DNA of 64,000 nucleotides from Paramoeba atlantica (lineage: Eukaryota; Protista; Discosea), in assembly GCA_977017575.1 (NCBI GenBank), contig CDRNVI010000040.1, positions 496,001 to 560,000 of the forward strand, read 5' to 3'. Of the stretch, positions 29,685 to 38,986 are shown piece after piece. Below the pieces are notes generated by a model, which saw only the letters and a program-made list of their open reading frames with translations, was not told the origin of the DNA and did no database searches. How positions within the stretch are numbered: position 1 is the stretch's first letter; every line of letters begins with the position of its first letter. Made by a program: the position numbers and the translations under genes.

Positions 29685-31829
29685 ATGCAAGCGCAAATGG
29701 ATGTCCTGAAAAATGTTGAATTCGAAGACATCGATGTTAGCAACACACGAATATTGTCCGATACATATCTGAGTGCCGCTCTTGCACGCGTGTTTTGGAA
29801 CAGGGTACCGAATCGATCGCAGTATCTGCACGATGCTTTAGATTCTACACGTCCGCTAATAGATTCGGGGGAGCATTGCAGCATTCAACAATGTATATTG
29901 AAAGCTATTTGCTTCCCCAAGGGATCATTCCTTCCTACGAGAACTATTATGGAATGTCCAAAAAAAGTTAAGTTATCGTTTGAAAAGGTGTATCAACAAG
30001 GTGCAGCAAAAACTAATGCCATTTTACAATGGATGCTACAAGTGTGTAACACGGGGTCTTCTAATACCGTAAAGATGGATCTTCGGGACAGAAAAATGGA
30101 AGCTAAACAACCGATGAAACAGAGAAAGTCTCAACCAGGAACACGTATCCCTGAAAGATCTGATAAAAATGTTCCTAGTGATACCGACACTCCCAATCAA
30201 TCTGTTCTTAATGTCCTTCAGCGAATAGGCCTCATATCGGATGAAACTAGAGATTCCGACAATCATGCAAATGTTTGGCGCGTCACCTCGGATGGTCTGC
30301 AATTTTGTCTTTCCTCTTCGATACAGCAAACTTTTCTTCTTTTTCGCGGGTGTGTATGTTACGTGTTGCAGGAAATGTGGTCGTTTTTGCTACCTCCACA
30401 TCTTCTTGTGAAAGAAAGAAAATCGGATCGAGCAACAATCTCTCTCTTTTTACATTCCCTTTCAAATAACGAACTCTCCACGAGACCTCTTCCAATATCC
30501 TCTCCAGAAGAACTCATAGGAAATCTTATCGAAGATCGTTTACTTAAGTTTTCACTTCTGTTGCTGGAGCATCGCACTGGAATCTTATACATGTATCCTA
30601 AGAGCTTCAATAATCTAGTCGCGTTTCTTACTCCGAAACTTACTGGTGTGGGGAGAAATGCCGTACTATCATTGCTCGAGTCCATGATAGCAACTTGGCC
30701 TTCCGGACCAGAAGGTAAACTATTGGACATGCTAGCGACTGTGGGTCTCATCTTCAAAGGGATGGCGCAAGATAAAAATCGAAAGCAAGATCAAGTGCAT
30801 ATGACATCTTACTACGCTGTACATCCCTCAATTTGTCAGGAAGGGTTGCGGTCGAAATTCTCCGGTGCGTACTCGCACTTCAACGTTCAAAATCTCTTCA
30901 GTGCGTCAAACTCAACCAACGACAGCCTATTTCGTTGCATGAGAAATCTAAAGAGGTTTGCATTGAACACAAGATTTGAGTCACCACATTCGCAACCTTG
31001 TCAGCATGCTCTTGAAGTCATTGTAGAAACGAATTTTCGCGTTTACGCCTACTGTCACGCAGTTTCCGGTGACGATGCGACCAAAGAGCCATCTTCCATT
31101 CTCTTGCACAAGTGTCTCATATCACAGTTTGCAAACATTGTGACCAGCATCCGACGTGGTGATAATTTGGGGTCCAGCGCAACTCGTGATGTAAGTGAAA
31201 GCTCAGATAGGGTGACATGGATAACAGTACTTGTCATCGCACAGATTACATACGAAAGTGTTATGCAAGCTTATCGCAACGGCATTACAGCAACTCAAAT
31301 CGTTGATTTTATTGAGAGGAACAAACACCTTGAGGCACTTTGTTCCGCATTGGGAAGGGAAGGCGCTAGCCATGTTATCATGATGCATAAAGGGAAATAT
31401 GGAAGAGGTGGTGTGAACTGGAGAGAATCAGAACACGCTCTTCCTTCTCCTATTCCTGATTCTGTACGAGAACAATTATATCAGTGGGAATCCGAGGCGA
31501 GACGTCTAAGTTTTTGTCTTTCCATAGAGGAAGTCCAACGCGAATCGCAGGCCTTGGGAAGCGGCGATCCAGGAGGAGAAATGGATCAGCCTTACTATGA
31601 CACTGGATCTGCCAACAATGATTCGAGGTATTGGATTCCGATTGGTGGGGGTATGGCCGGATGGCGACGTTTGGGGTTCGCTGATTTCAAAAAAGCTTTG
31701 GCACATTTACATATTCCTCTCAAAACGTGTTTTGAATTTGACTCCAAAGAAGAAATGGTAGATTATTTAAGGACTATCGATGAGAAACAAACTCCCATAT
31801 GCGTTCGAGACAAATTTTTCGTCGCATGA
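29685..31829 (+). CDS. TFB2: TFIIH subunit Tfb2/p52
   Basis: VIVETNFRVYAY, AQITYESVMQAYRNGITATQIVDFI, PIPDSVREQLYQWESEARRL. Confidence 0.85.
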   Translation: MQAQMDVLKNVEFEDIDVSNTRILSDTYLSAALARVFWNRVPNRSQYLHDALDSTRPLIDSGEHCSIQQCILKAICFPKGSFLPTRTIMECPKKVKLSFEKVYQQGAAKTNAILQWMLQVCNTGSSNTVKMDLRDRKMEAKQPMKQRKSQPGTRIPERSDKNVPSDTDTPNQSVLNVLQRIGLISDETRDSDNHANVWRVTSDGLQFCLSSSIQQTFLLFRGCVCYVLQEMWSFLLPPHLLVKERKSDRATISLFLHSLSNNELSTRPLPISSPEELIGNLIEDRLLKFSLLLLEHRTGILYMYPKSFNNLVAFLTPKLTGVGRNAVLSLLESMIATWPSGPEGKLLDMLATVGLIFKGMAQDKNRKQDQVHMTSYYAVHPSICQEGLRSKFSGAYSHFNVQNLFSASNSTNDSLFRCMRNLKRFALNTRFESPHSQPCQHALEVIVETNFRVYAYCHAVSGDDATKEPSSILLHKCLISQFANIVTSIRRGDNLGSSATRDVSESSDRVTWITVLVIAQITYESVMQAYRNGITATQIVDFIERNKHLEALCSALGREGASHVIMMHKGKYGRGGVNWRESEHALPSPIPDSVREQLYQWESEARRLSFCLSIEEVQRESQALGSGDPGGEMDQPYYDTGSANNDSRYWIPIGGGMAGWRRLGFADFKKALAHLHIPLKTCFEFDSKEEMVDYLRTIDEKQTPICVRDKFFVA

Positions 31830-32004
31830 CTCCTTTTTTATTGTCAGCAGCATTTGCTTGGTTATGACATTGATGTACCTACTTCAGGGGTATCAAATAT
31901 GGTACAAATTTTTATGTATAATTTATTGTATAATTATCTTTGCTCAGCAATTCCATTCCGATGTTTTATAGCTTTTAAATTCAAACATGTAAAACAGTTC
32001 CTTT

Positions 32005-32619
32005 ATGCATCCATATAGACAGGAATTCATGAATTTAGCAATGCGACAGGCACAGAATGCTCTACAGCATGGAGAAATGGCTGTGGGCTGCGTCTTGGTT
32101 TTACATAATAGGACGGTGATTGCTGCAACTCACAACGAAACGAATGCAACTCGAAACGCCTTAGAACATGCGGAAATAGTAGCAATGAAATTGGTACTGG
32201 AAGATCGTGCGACAGAAAGTAGTTTACTCACGAATGAAAACGAAAGGCCGAAGACACATTCGTCGTGTCCAAGGGATTCCACTTTGCTTCCCCTAAAGGA
32301 TCTATCAAACTGTGTGTTGTACGTGACTGTTGAGCCTTGCATCATGTGCGCAGCGGCTCTTCGTCTTTCCAATATTGCATGCGTATATTACGGGTGTAAT
32401 AATGATCGTTTTGGTGGAAATGGTACTGTCCTATCATTGCACCGAGATCCAACTTTCTTCCCTTTAGGCGGGGGTGATACGTGTCCTGTGTATCCCAGTC
32501 AAAAAGTTGGTGGTGACATTGAGCATCAAAGTATCTCTCTTATGCGCGAGTTCTATTCTGGAGAAAATCCTCATGCACCCTCGGAAATAAGAAAATCAAA
32601 ACGAAATAAGTATCCCTAA
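32005..32619 (+). CDS. ADAT2: tRNA-specific adenosine-34 deaminase, catalytic subunit
   Basis: HAE and LYVTVEPCIMCAAAL zinc motifs; YGCNNDRFGGNG. Confidence 0.9.
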   Translation: MHPYRQEFMNLAMRQAQNALQHGEMAVGCVLVLHNRTVIAATHNETNATRNALEHAEIVAMKLVLEDRATESSLLTNENERPKTHSSCPRDSTLLPLKDLSNCVLYVTVEPCIMCAAALRLSNIACVYYGCNNDRFGGNGTVLSLHRDPTFFPLGGGDTCPVYPSQKVGGDIEHQSISLMREFYSGENPHAPSEIRKSKRNKYP

Positions 32620-32651
32620 TTATCAGTACAGGTGAAGCGCCACTTTAATTG

Positions 32652-32776
32652 AGAGGGGAGGCAACCGCCAATGCTGCCGTATTCTGCCATATTCTGCCGA
32701 ATTTTTTTTTGCCGTTCATCTTTGAATTCTGCAATATTCTGCCAATCACCACAGACGCGTTGCCCCACCCCCCTCT
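32652..32776. repeat. ~125-bp element with AGAGGGG/CCCCTCT ends and internal tattctgcc repeats
   Basis: Its 5' half matches 23454-23504 and its 3' half matches 25006-25057. Confidence 0.6.
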
Positions 32777-32925
32777 GAGGCAACTTTAATTAAGACAATA
32801 ATTAATTTTAGAATTCGATCTGCCTTAATTACTTTTATCCTTAATAACCGCTTCACCGGTACATACATCTCCCTCTGCTTCACCGGTGTATATCTACACC
32901 TGTATATGCTAACTACAGTCCTAGA

Positions 32926-33435
32926 ATGAATGTAAATTTACCGGGTCACGCACTGGAGGGGGCCGATCTCCGCCTCCAGAAAGATATCTGCGAATTCGAC
33001 GTCGATAAAGTTACCTTGGCATACGACCCGTCGAAAGGAAGAGTTCTGCATCTCACTGTTTGTCCTGCGGAAGGAGCGTATGAGGGTGGTCGTTTTGTTT
33101 TCTGTCTTGAGTTTTCTTCGGGGTATCCTCTGGAGCCCCCGAAATGCCATTACATTGGGCCAACATTATTTCATCCGAATATCAATGAAACAGGCTCCGT
33201 CTGTCTGAACATTCTTCGACTGGACTGGAGGCCCGTGTTCACGCTTAATCATATCGCTCGAGGACTGTACCTTCTTTTTCTTGAGCCTTCTTCAGATGAA
33301 CCGCTATTCGGGTTGTCTAGTAAAGCCGCGGAGCTCATGAGAACGAACTATGATGAATTTGTTTATCGGGCAACAGAAAGTACAAAATATTCAAGAGAAA
33401 TCTCTGATCTCATGAAGTCATTGATTGGTAAATGA
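32926..33435 (+). CDS. UBC12: NEDD8-conjugating enzyme Ubc12-like E2
   Basis: LRLQKDI, YEGGRFVF, YPLEPPKC, HPNINETGSVCLNILRLDWRPV, PSSDEPL. Confidence 0.88.
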   Translation: MNVNLPGHALEGADLRLQKDICEFDVDKVTLAYDPSKGRVLHLTVCPAEGAYEGGRFVFCLEFSSGYPLEPPKCHYIGPTLFHPNINETGSVCLNILRLDWRPVFTLNHIARGLYLLFLEPSSDEPLFGLSSKAAELMRTNYDEFVYRATESTKYSREISDLMKSLIGK

Positions 33436-33678
33436 ATTAACTCTTATCCTTTCATGGTAAGACAATTTATGAAGGCAAGTTGTAGACGTGTGACATAGCT
33501 TCCAATCTCCTATTTTCCAAGTTGGCCAAGTTTTTGCAGGTATCACCCCTCTTATTTTCAGTCTAGCCTTGCATTTATCTCAAAGATTCTGACACATTTC
33601 TTGGCAAAATTTTCATGACACTATTCTTACAACATCATATAGATATCTTGTATTTCTTTTCTTTCGCTAAACTCTCAT

Positions 33679-34323
33679 ATGAGAATTGAAAAGTGTAACT
33701 ACTGCGGATGCCCAGTGTATCCTGGACACGGACAAATGTTTGTTCGTAACGACTGCAAAATTATTCGGTTCTGTCGGGCTAAGTGTAAAAAGAACTTTGG
33801 GTTGAAGAGAAACCCAATGCGCGTTCGATGGACGAAGACATACCGACGGGCGACAAATAAAGAGTTGACATTTGACAAGTCCTTGGAGTTTGAAAGAAAG
33901 AAAAATGTTCCGGTACGCTATGACAGAGAGCTAACAGAAACAACTATCCGCACAATGCGTAACGTTGCTGAAACCAAAGCGCGTCGAGCAGAGAGATTTT
34001 GGAAAAAGCGCATGGAGGCCAAGGAAGAGACAGAAGAAAAACAAGATTTGTTGGACCTCCGACGTAACATCGACATGGTTGAAGATCCCGTCCTTAAGGC
34101 ACACGCAAGCAAAACTCTTAAAAATAGTACCACGAAAGCTGACCGAACAAAGATTTCTGAAACTTCTCACGACTCTTCTATGATGATCGACGGTACTCCA
34201 GAGGTTCAGACCAATTTCAACACACAAAAATCAGAGAAAAAACAATTGAGAGGCACTAAACACCTTACGAAAGCCAAAACTCTGCGGCGTACAACAGAGA
34301 AAATTTCTTTAAATGCAAATTAA
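33679..34323 (+). CDS. RLP24: 60S ribosome biogenesis protein Rlp24 (L24e family)
   Basis: MRIEKCNYCGCPVYPGHGQMFVRNDCKIIRFCRAKCKKNFGLKRNPMRVRWTK. Confidence 0.93.
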   Translation: MRIEKCNYCGCPVYPGHGQMFVRNDCKIIRFCRAKCKKNFGLKRNPMRVRWTKTYRRATNKELTFDKSLEFERKKNVPVRYDRELTETTIRTMRNVAETKARRAERFWKKRMEAKEETEEKQDLLDLRRNIDMVEDPVLKAHASKTLKNSTTKADRTKISETSHDSSMMIDGTPEVQTNFNTQKSEKKQLRGTKHLTKAKTLRRTTEKISLNAN

Positions 34324-34679
34324 AAACAGAGTGAAACATTGAAAGCAAAATATGTAAGTCTCAATTTGACTTGTTTAAAATCAGCCGGTAAGAATGCGTT
34401 AAATTGATAATCTTTTATAATGTAGTACTATACTAGTAGGTTACCTACTATTTTGCCTAACTTTACTTTTTCTGGCTCGTAAGTACGTACATGGGACCAA
34501 TATTATAACACACAATGTGCTAGTCACGACAAAGAAGTCTATTGCAAACACAATATTTGTACCATGTTTGAATTCTTTTTCTATTACTTATAAGTAGGTA
34601 TTACCTATGAATAAGTAATATTACTTTAAAAAATGAACGTGAAAATATTGTTTGGCATGTCCAACACAGAATTTGTTCA

Positions 34680-36431
34680 ATGAAGAAATCCACAGAGGTC
34701 CTTGCATCAAAATGCTTGCCGTCGAGGATTGAAGTGAGGCCTTCCCGCACTTGGAGATTTCATATCCTCTTCGCAATAACAAGTCTTCTCTTCTTGGTGT
34801 TTCTGTTACGCTTTTGTCATCATCATTCGGACTACAATGAGCTATTACTAGGGCAGTCGGTTGTTTGGCTCGTAACAACGTTTGTCTTACAATGGTATCT
34901 TGCAGCCTTATTTAAGTCTTTACACCTTTATCTAACATGGTGCCTCATTCACCGATCTGATGAGGCTCCGTCTTTGACTTTTAGGGATAGTTGGAAGCAC
35001 AGTCTCCAATGTCTTATCTCAGCGGATGCCTCAACTGTGGATGCATTTTTGGCGGGGAGCGAACTGAGCACTATGCTAATATTATTTTACATTTGCGACA
35101 GAACGCCTTTGCTTGCACATGCACCTCGTCAGTTTGATGCTCAATCACTTTATGGGGCATGGCTCTTAATTGCGATATTCGCATTGTGTACAATAAGAAA
35201 AATACCTCAAAGAGTGAGCCGTCGGAAACCCTACATGCACGGCGAATCAATAGACGACTTAATGGAAGTAAATGATGTTTCATCATACCACATACCTCCA
35301 CTACCCAGACATCAAACTGAGGAGTGGAAAGGATTGATGCAGCTTATGTTTCTTCTATATCATTATTACAATGCAACTCAAACTTACAGTCTTATCCGGC
35401 TTTGTATTGCAGGATATGTTTGGCTAACAGGTTTTGGGAACTTCAGCTATTACTACGTCAAACAAGATTTTTCGGGACGTCGAGTAGCCCGCATGTTATG
35501 GCGTTTAAACTTCCTTGCAGTGTGTACCTGTCTCATGATGGGCAACCAGTTCATGCTGTACTACATCTGCATGCTTCACCTAGTTTTTACACTATTTGTC
35601 TTCGCTACTGTGGCGATTCTTCCGTCGATTAATACTTCTACAAAAGGTATGACCAGGAAATTTCTTCTTGTTAGCCTTTTTACCGCACTTATTTGGGAAA
35701 GCTCTCGGTCTGTTTTCGAAATTATTTGGACTCCATTATGGCCCTTCGTGATATATGACCGTTCAGCTCCCCAGCAAAACTTGGCGCACCGTATGTACGA
35801 ATGGTATTTTCGCTCGAAACTTGATCACTGGATTTGGATTTTAGGGATGATCACCGCATTCGCTCTTCCATATCTAGACGATGCTTTAAAGCACTTGGAC
35901 AGTTCCGCACGCTCGCGCCAAACAAAAATAAAAAGCTTCGCTGCTGTAACAGTCTTTGCTCTCCTTTTTTCGTGGTATGTTTTTCTTTTTCCTTTGGATA
36001 AATATTCATACAATGTTCTACATCCCTACACTTCATGGTGGCCGCTGCTTGCTTACGTCACGGGACGCAACCTCTTTCAGGTCTTTCGTATGCATTATGT
36101 TTCCGGTCTGTCATGGTTTGGGCGCATCACCCTCGAGACCTACATCTGTCAATTTCACATATGGATGGGAACCTCAGAGCCCAATGGAAATCCGAAAACT
36201 GTACTACAACTTCTTCCTCGACAGCACAGTGGGCTGAATTTCCTACTCTGCTCTACTCTATTTATTTTTCTTGCCTTTCGTGCTGCCCATATCACGAACG
36301 TAATTAAAATGTGGGCAATACCAGAAGTTGATACGACAGCACGCACAAAATTTTTGCTAAGATGGATCCCCATCATTTTTCTCTCCCTTTATGTCTTAAG
36401 TTGGCTTATGCGAACTCTTGCATTAGGGTAA
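34680..36431 (+). CDS. Cas1p/RWA-type multi-TM O-acetyltransferase
   Basis: FYICDRT, QTEEWKGLMQLMFLLYHY, IRLCIAGYVWLTGFGNFSYY, MLWRLNF, YYICMLH, EWYFRSKLDHWIWILGM, FGRITLETYICQFHIW. Confidence 0.88.
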   Translation: MKKSTEVLASKCLPSRIEVRPSRTWRFHILFAITSLLFLVFLLRFCHHHSDYNELLLGQSVVWLVTTFVLQWYLAALFKSLHLYLTWCLIHRSDEAPSLTFRDSWKHSLQCLISADASTVDAFLAGSELSTMLILFYICDRTPLLAHAPRQFDAQSLYGAWLLIAIFALCTIRKIPQRVSRRKPYMHGESIDDLMEVNDVSSYHIPPLPRHQTEEWKGLMQLMFLLYHYYNATQTYSLIRLCIAGYVWLTGFGNFSYYYVKQDFSGRRVARMLWRLNFLAVCTCLMMGNQFMLYYICMLHLVFTLFVFATVAILPSINTSTKGMTRKFLLVSLFTALIWESSRSVFEIIWTPLWPFVIYDRSAPQQNLAHRMYEWYFRSKLDHWIWILGMITAFALPYLDDALKHLDSSARSRQTKIKSFAAVTVFALLFSWYVFLFPLDKYSYNVLHPYTSWWPLLAYVTGRNLFQVFRMHYVSGLSWFGRITLETYICQFHIWMGTSEPNGNPKTVLQLLPRQHSGLNFLLCSTLFIFLAFRAAHITNVIKMWAIPEVDTTARTKFLLRWIPIIFLSLYVLSWLMRTLALG

Positions 36432-36668
36432 AACTGTATTCCGTTGTATTTGCAACGCCTAAAATTAGTTCTTTAAAGATTTTCAAATCTTTATACATGG
36501 GTGACCAATAGAGTACACTAAAGTATAAGCACCAAAAAATCTGTAACCAAGAAAAATATCAAGCAAAAACTTCCCAGCAAGCATCACTCTACACAACAAC
36601 AAAAACAAAAAACAAAAAACAAAAAAAAAATTACTCGTCCTTACGAAACCTTCCCTACCCCCTCCCCC

Positions 36669-37895
36669 ATGCCCCTCTCCCCTCTCCACCCCCCTCCTCT
36701 CCTCCCCTCCCCCTTCCACGCCCCCCGACGCTTCCTCCACCTCTACGAGGGGGTCGCCAAGCGACTCCTCTCCCCCGTCGCCGCGGTCCAGAACGGGTTC
36801 GTGTGCCCCACGGTGGCCCACGCGGCCCGGGCCGGGGCGCGTCTCCCCGCGGGCCGTGCCGTCGTCAAGGCCCACGTGCTGGCCGGGGGCCGCGGCAAGG
36901 GGGTGTTCACCCACGGGCTCAAAGGGGGGGTCCACCTGTGTGCCTCGCGGGACCAGGTCGCGGGGGTCGCGAAAGCGATGCTGGGCCACACCCTGGTGAC
37001 GAGCCAGACCGGGCCGGGGGGGTGTGTGGTGCGGGAGGTTTTCGTGGCGGAGTGCTTGGAGTATGAAAGGGAGTACTATGTGGCGATTACCCTGGAGGCG
37101 TCCGCAGGGGGGGCGGTGCTGTTGGTGTCGGCGGCGGGTGGGGTGGAGGTGGAGAAGGGGTGTCCGGGGGAGGTGGTGAGGGTGGGGATTGCGTACGACA
37201 CGGGGTTGAGTTTGGAAAAGGCTCAGGAGGTGGCGCAGAAATTAGGCATGAAATCACAGGCGGCGCAGTTTTTTGTGGATCTTTATGAATTCAGCAGGTC
37301 TAATGATGCGCTGTTGGTGGAAATTAACCCTTTTGTGGAGCTGTCTGGGGGGAGAGGGTACGCCTGTGTGGATGCCAAGATTACTATAGACGATAACGCC
37401 CTTTTTCGTCACAAAGCTCTTAGCGAAGAATGGTGCCGAGAAGTTCTTGATCCTCGAGAGGCAGAGGCTCGCAAATGGAATATTAATTATATTGGTCTTG
37501 ACGGAGATGTCGGCTGTCTTGTCAATGGCGCAGGATTGGCGATGGCAACAATGGACACCATTCACCTTTTCGGTGGAACCCCTGCTAATTTTCTTGATAT
37601 TGGTGGATCTGCTGACGCAGAGCAGGTTAACGCGGCGCTTCAATTAATTCAAAAAGATCCTCGCGTTAAAGTTATTCTCATTAATATTTTTGGGGGGATT
37701 ATGAAATGTGACACAATTGCGCAAGGCGTCGTGCAGGCGTGTAAGGCCGTCACCCCTCGTGTGCCTCTTGTGGTCAGGCTCTCAGGCACCAATCAAGATC
37801 TGGGCATACAAATTTTGGCCGAAAGTGGCTTGAAAATTGAATCAGCCACCGACTTGTCTGACGCAGCCGAAAAAACTATGAAATTCTTGAAATAG
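36669..37895 (+). CDS. succinyl-CoA ligase beta subunit
   Basis: VVKAHVLAGGRGKG, EREYYVAI, LVEINPF, DAKITIDDNALFRH, GCLVNGAGLAMATMD, PANFLDIGG, NIFGGIMKCD, VRLSGTN. Confidence 0.95.
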   Translation: MPLSPLHPPPLLPSPFHAPRRFLHLYEGVAKRLLSPVAAVQNGFVCPTVAHAARAGARLPAGRAVVKAHVLAGGRGKGVFTHGLKGGVHLCASRDQVAGVAKAMLGHTLVTSQTGPGGCVVREVFVAECLEYEREYYVAITLEASAGGAVLLVSAAGGVEVEKGCPGEVVRVGIAYDTGLSLEKAQEVAQKLGMKSQAAQFFVDLYEFSRSNDALLVEINPFVELSGGRGYACVDAKITIDDNALFRHKALSEEWCREVLDPREAEARKWNINYIGLDGDVGCLVNGAGLAMATMDTIHLFGGTPANFLDIGGSADAEQVNAALQLIQKDPRVKVILINIFGGIMKCDTIAQGVVQACKAVTPRVPLVVRLSGTNQDLGIQILAESGLKIESATDLSDAAEKTMKFLK

Positions 37896-38084
37896 TGTTT
37901 GTATACGAATTTATGAGCGGTTTTCATTATGCCTATCCTTGACTCCGTACTTTGCTTCGGAGTTTGTATTCTCCTACTATAGAATTGAAAACGTTTGTAT
38001 TCTCCTACTAGAATTGAAAACGGCCTTTTGTCGACAAATTTCAATTTTGCACTACAGTAATATTTCTTTATGTTACTGTAATAA

Positions 38085-38309
38085 ATGTCGGAGAGCACAC
38101 CCGATTTTGAACGGCATCTAAGGAGTTGCATGAGCACGCTGTTAGATGAGACAAAATCCAAATTTGATACTATTGCTTCTCGAGTTACAGCTAAGGTAGA
38201 TGAGATTGGCATTGTTTTAAATAAGTTAGAGAATCAATTGGAGTCATCTCTCATGAGCTTAGTGGATCCACCTGACAGCGAATGCAATAAACCTTCGCCG
38301 GCGAAGTAG
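38085..38309 (+). CDS. HSBP1-like small coiled-coil protein
   Basis: LLDETKSKFDTIASRVTAKVDEIGIVLNKLENQLESSL follows the heat-shock-factor-binding protein 1 heptad pattern. Confidence 0.6.
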   Translation: MSESTPDFERHLRSCMSTLLDETKSKFDTIASRVTAKVDEIGIVLNKLENQLESSLMSLVDPPDSECNKPSPAK

Positions 38310-38986
38310 TGTTGTTTTGATTGCAATACTTGACATGAAAATTATTAAAGAAAATCCTACTTTACAGTAGCATTTATTTCTAAGCAGCGTGGTGACAGGA
38401 TTTTAAAAAGCACACAGCTCGAAAATGTACGCATAGAAAAAAAAGGTACATATCCCTACCACTCCCTTTACTTTTGTCTTCTAAGCACGCCTGAAATGTG
38501 GTTCGAAAAGATTAAATGTGGTTTGAAAAAAGAAATATGGATTTCTTGCCTTTCCTTGAAATGAATTTCACCTGACTTTTGCTGTCGATTTCTTATGACT
38601 TAGTATTTTCGGCTTGTGTTATTCTTTAGTCAAAAATAATGGGATTATCCGTGATGCCGGATAAAGAATAGCGAATTTAATAACAATAATTTAGTCAAAC
38701 TTAATATCACTAAACTGTACTGTGAAACACACAAGATTTCGTATTTTCCCCAAATTTAAAAAGGGACTGAAATGAGAATCAGGAACACGAAAACAAGGCT
38801 TTTATTCGCGGCCCTTACAATGCAAACTTACGAACTGTATCGGGTCCTTTTACTCCATCGATGGAATAGGTCCTGTTTCTATGATTCATAAACTTTCGGA
38901 TGACAATCAGCTTCTTAGAAGCAATATTGATCAACACTGTCAAGTTGCATAAAATAGAAGTATCGCGCACAAGGGAAACTAGGTGA

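Noticed and set aside
34680-36431. Cas1 name suggesting a CRISPR link
   Set aside because: Cas1p here is the Cryptococcus capsule O-acetyltransferase family, unrelated to the CRISPR Cas1 integrase.
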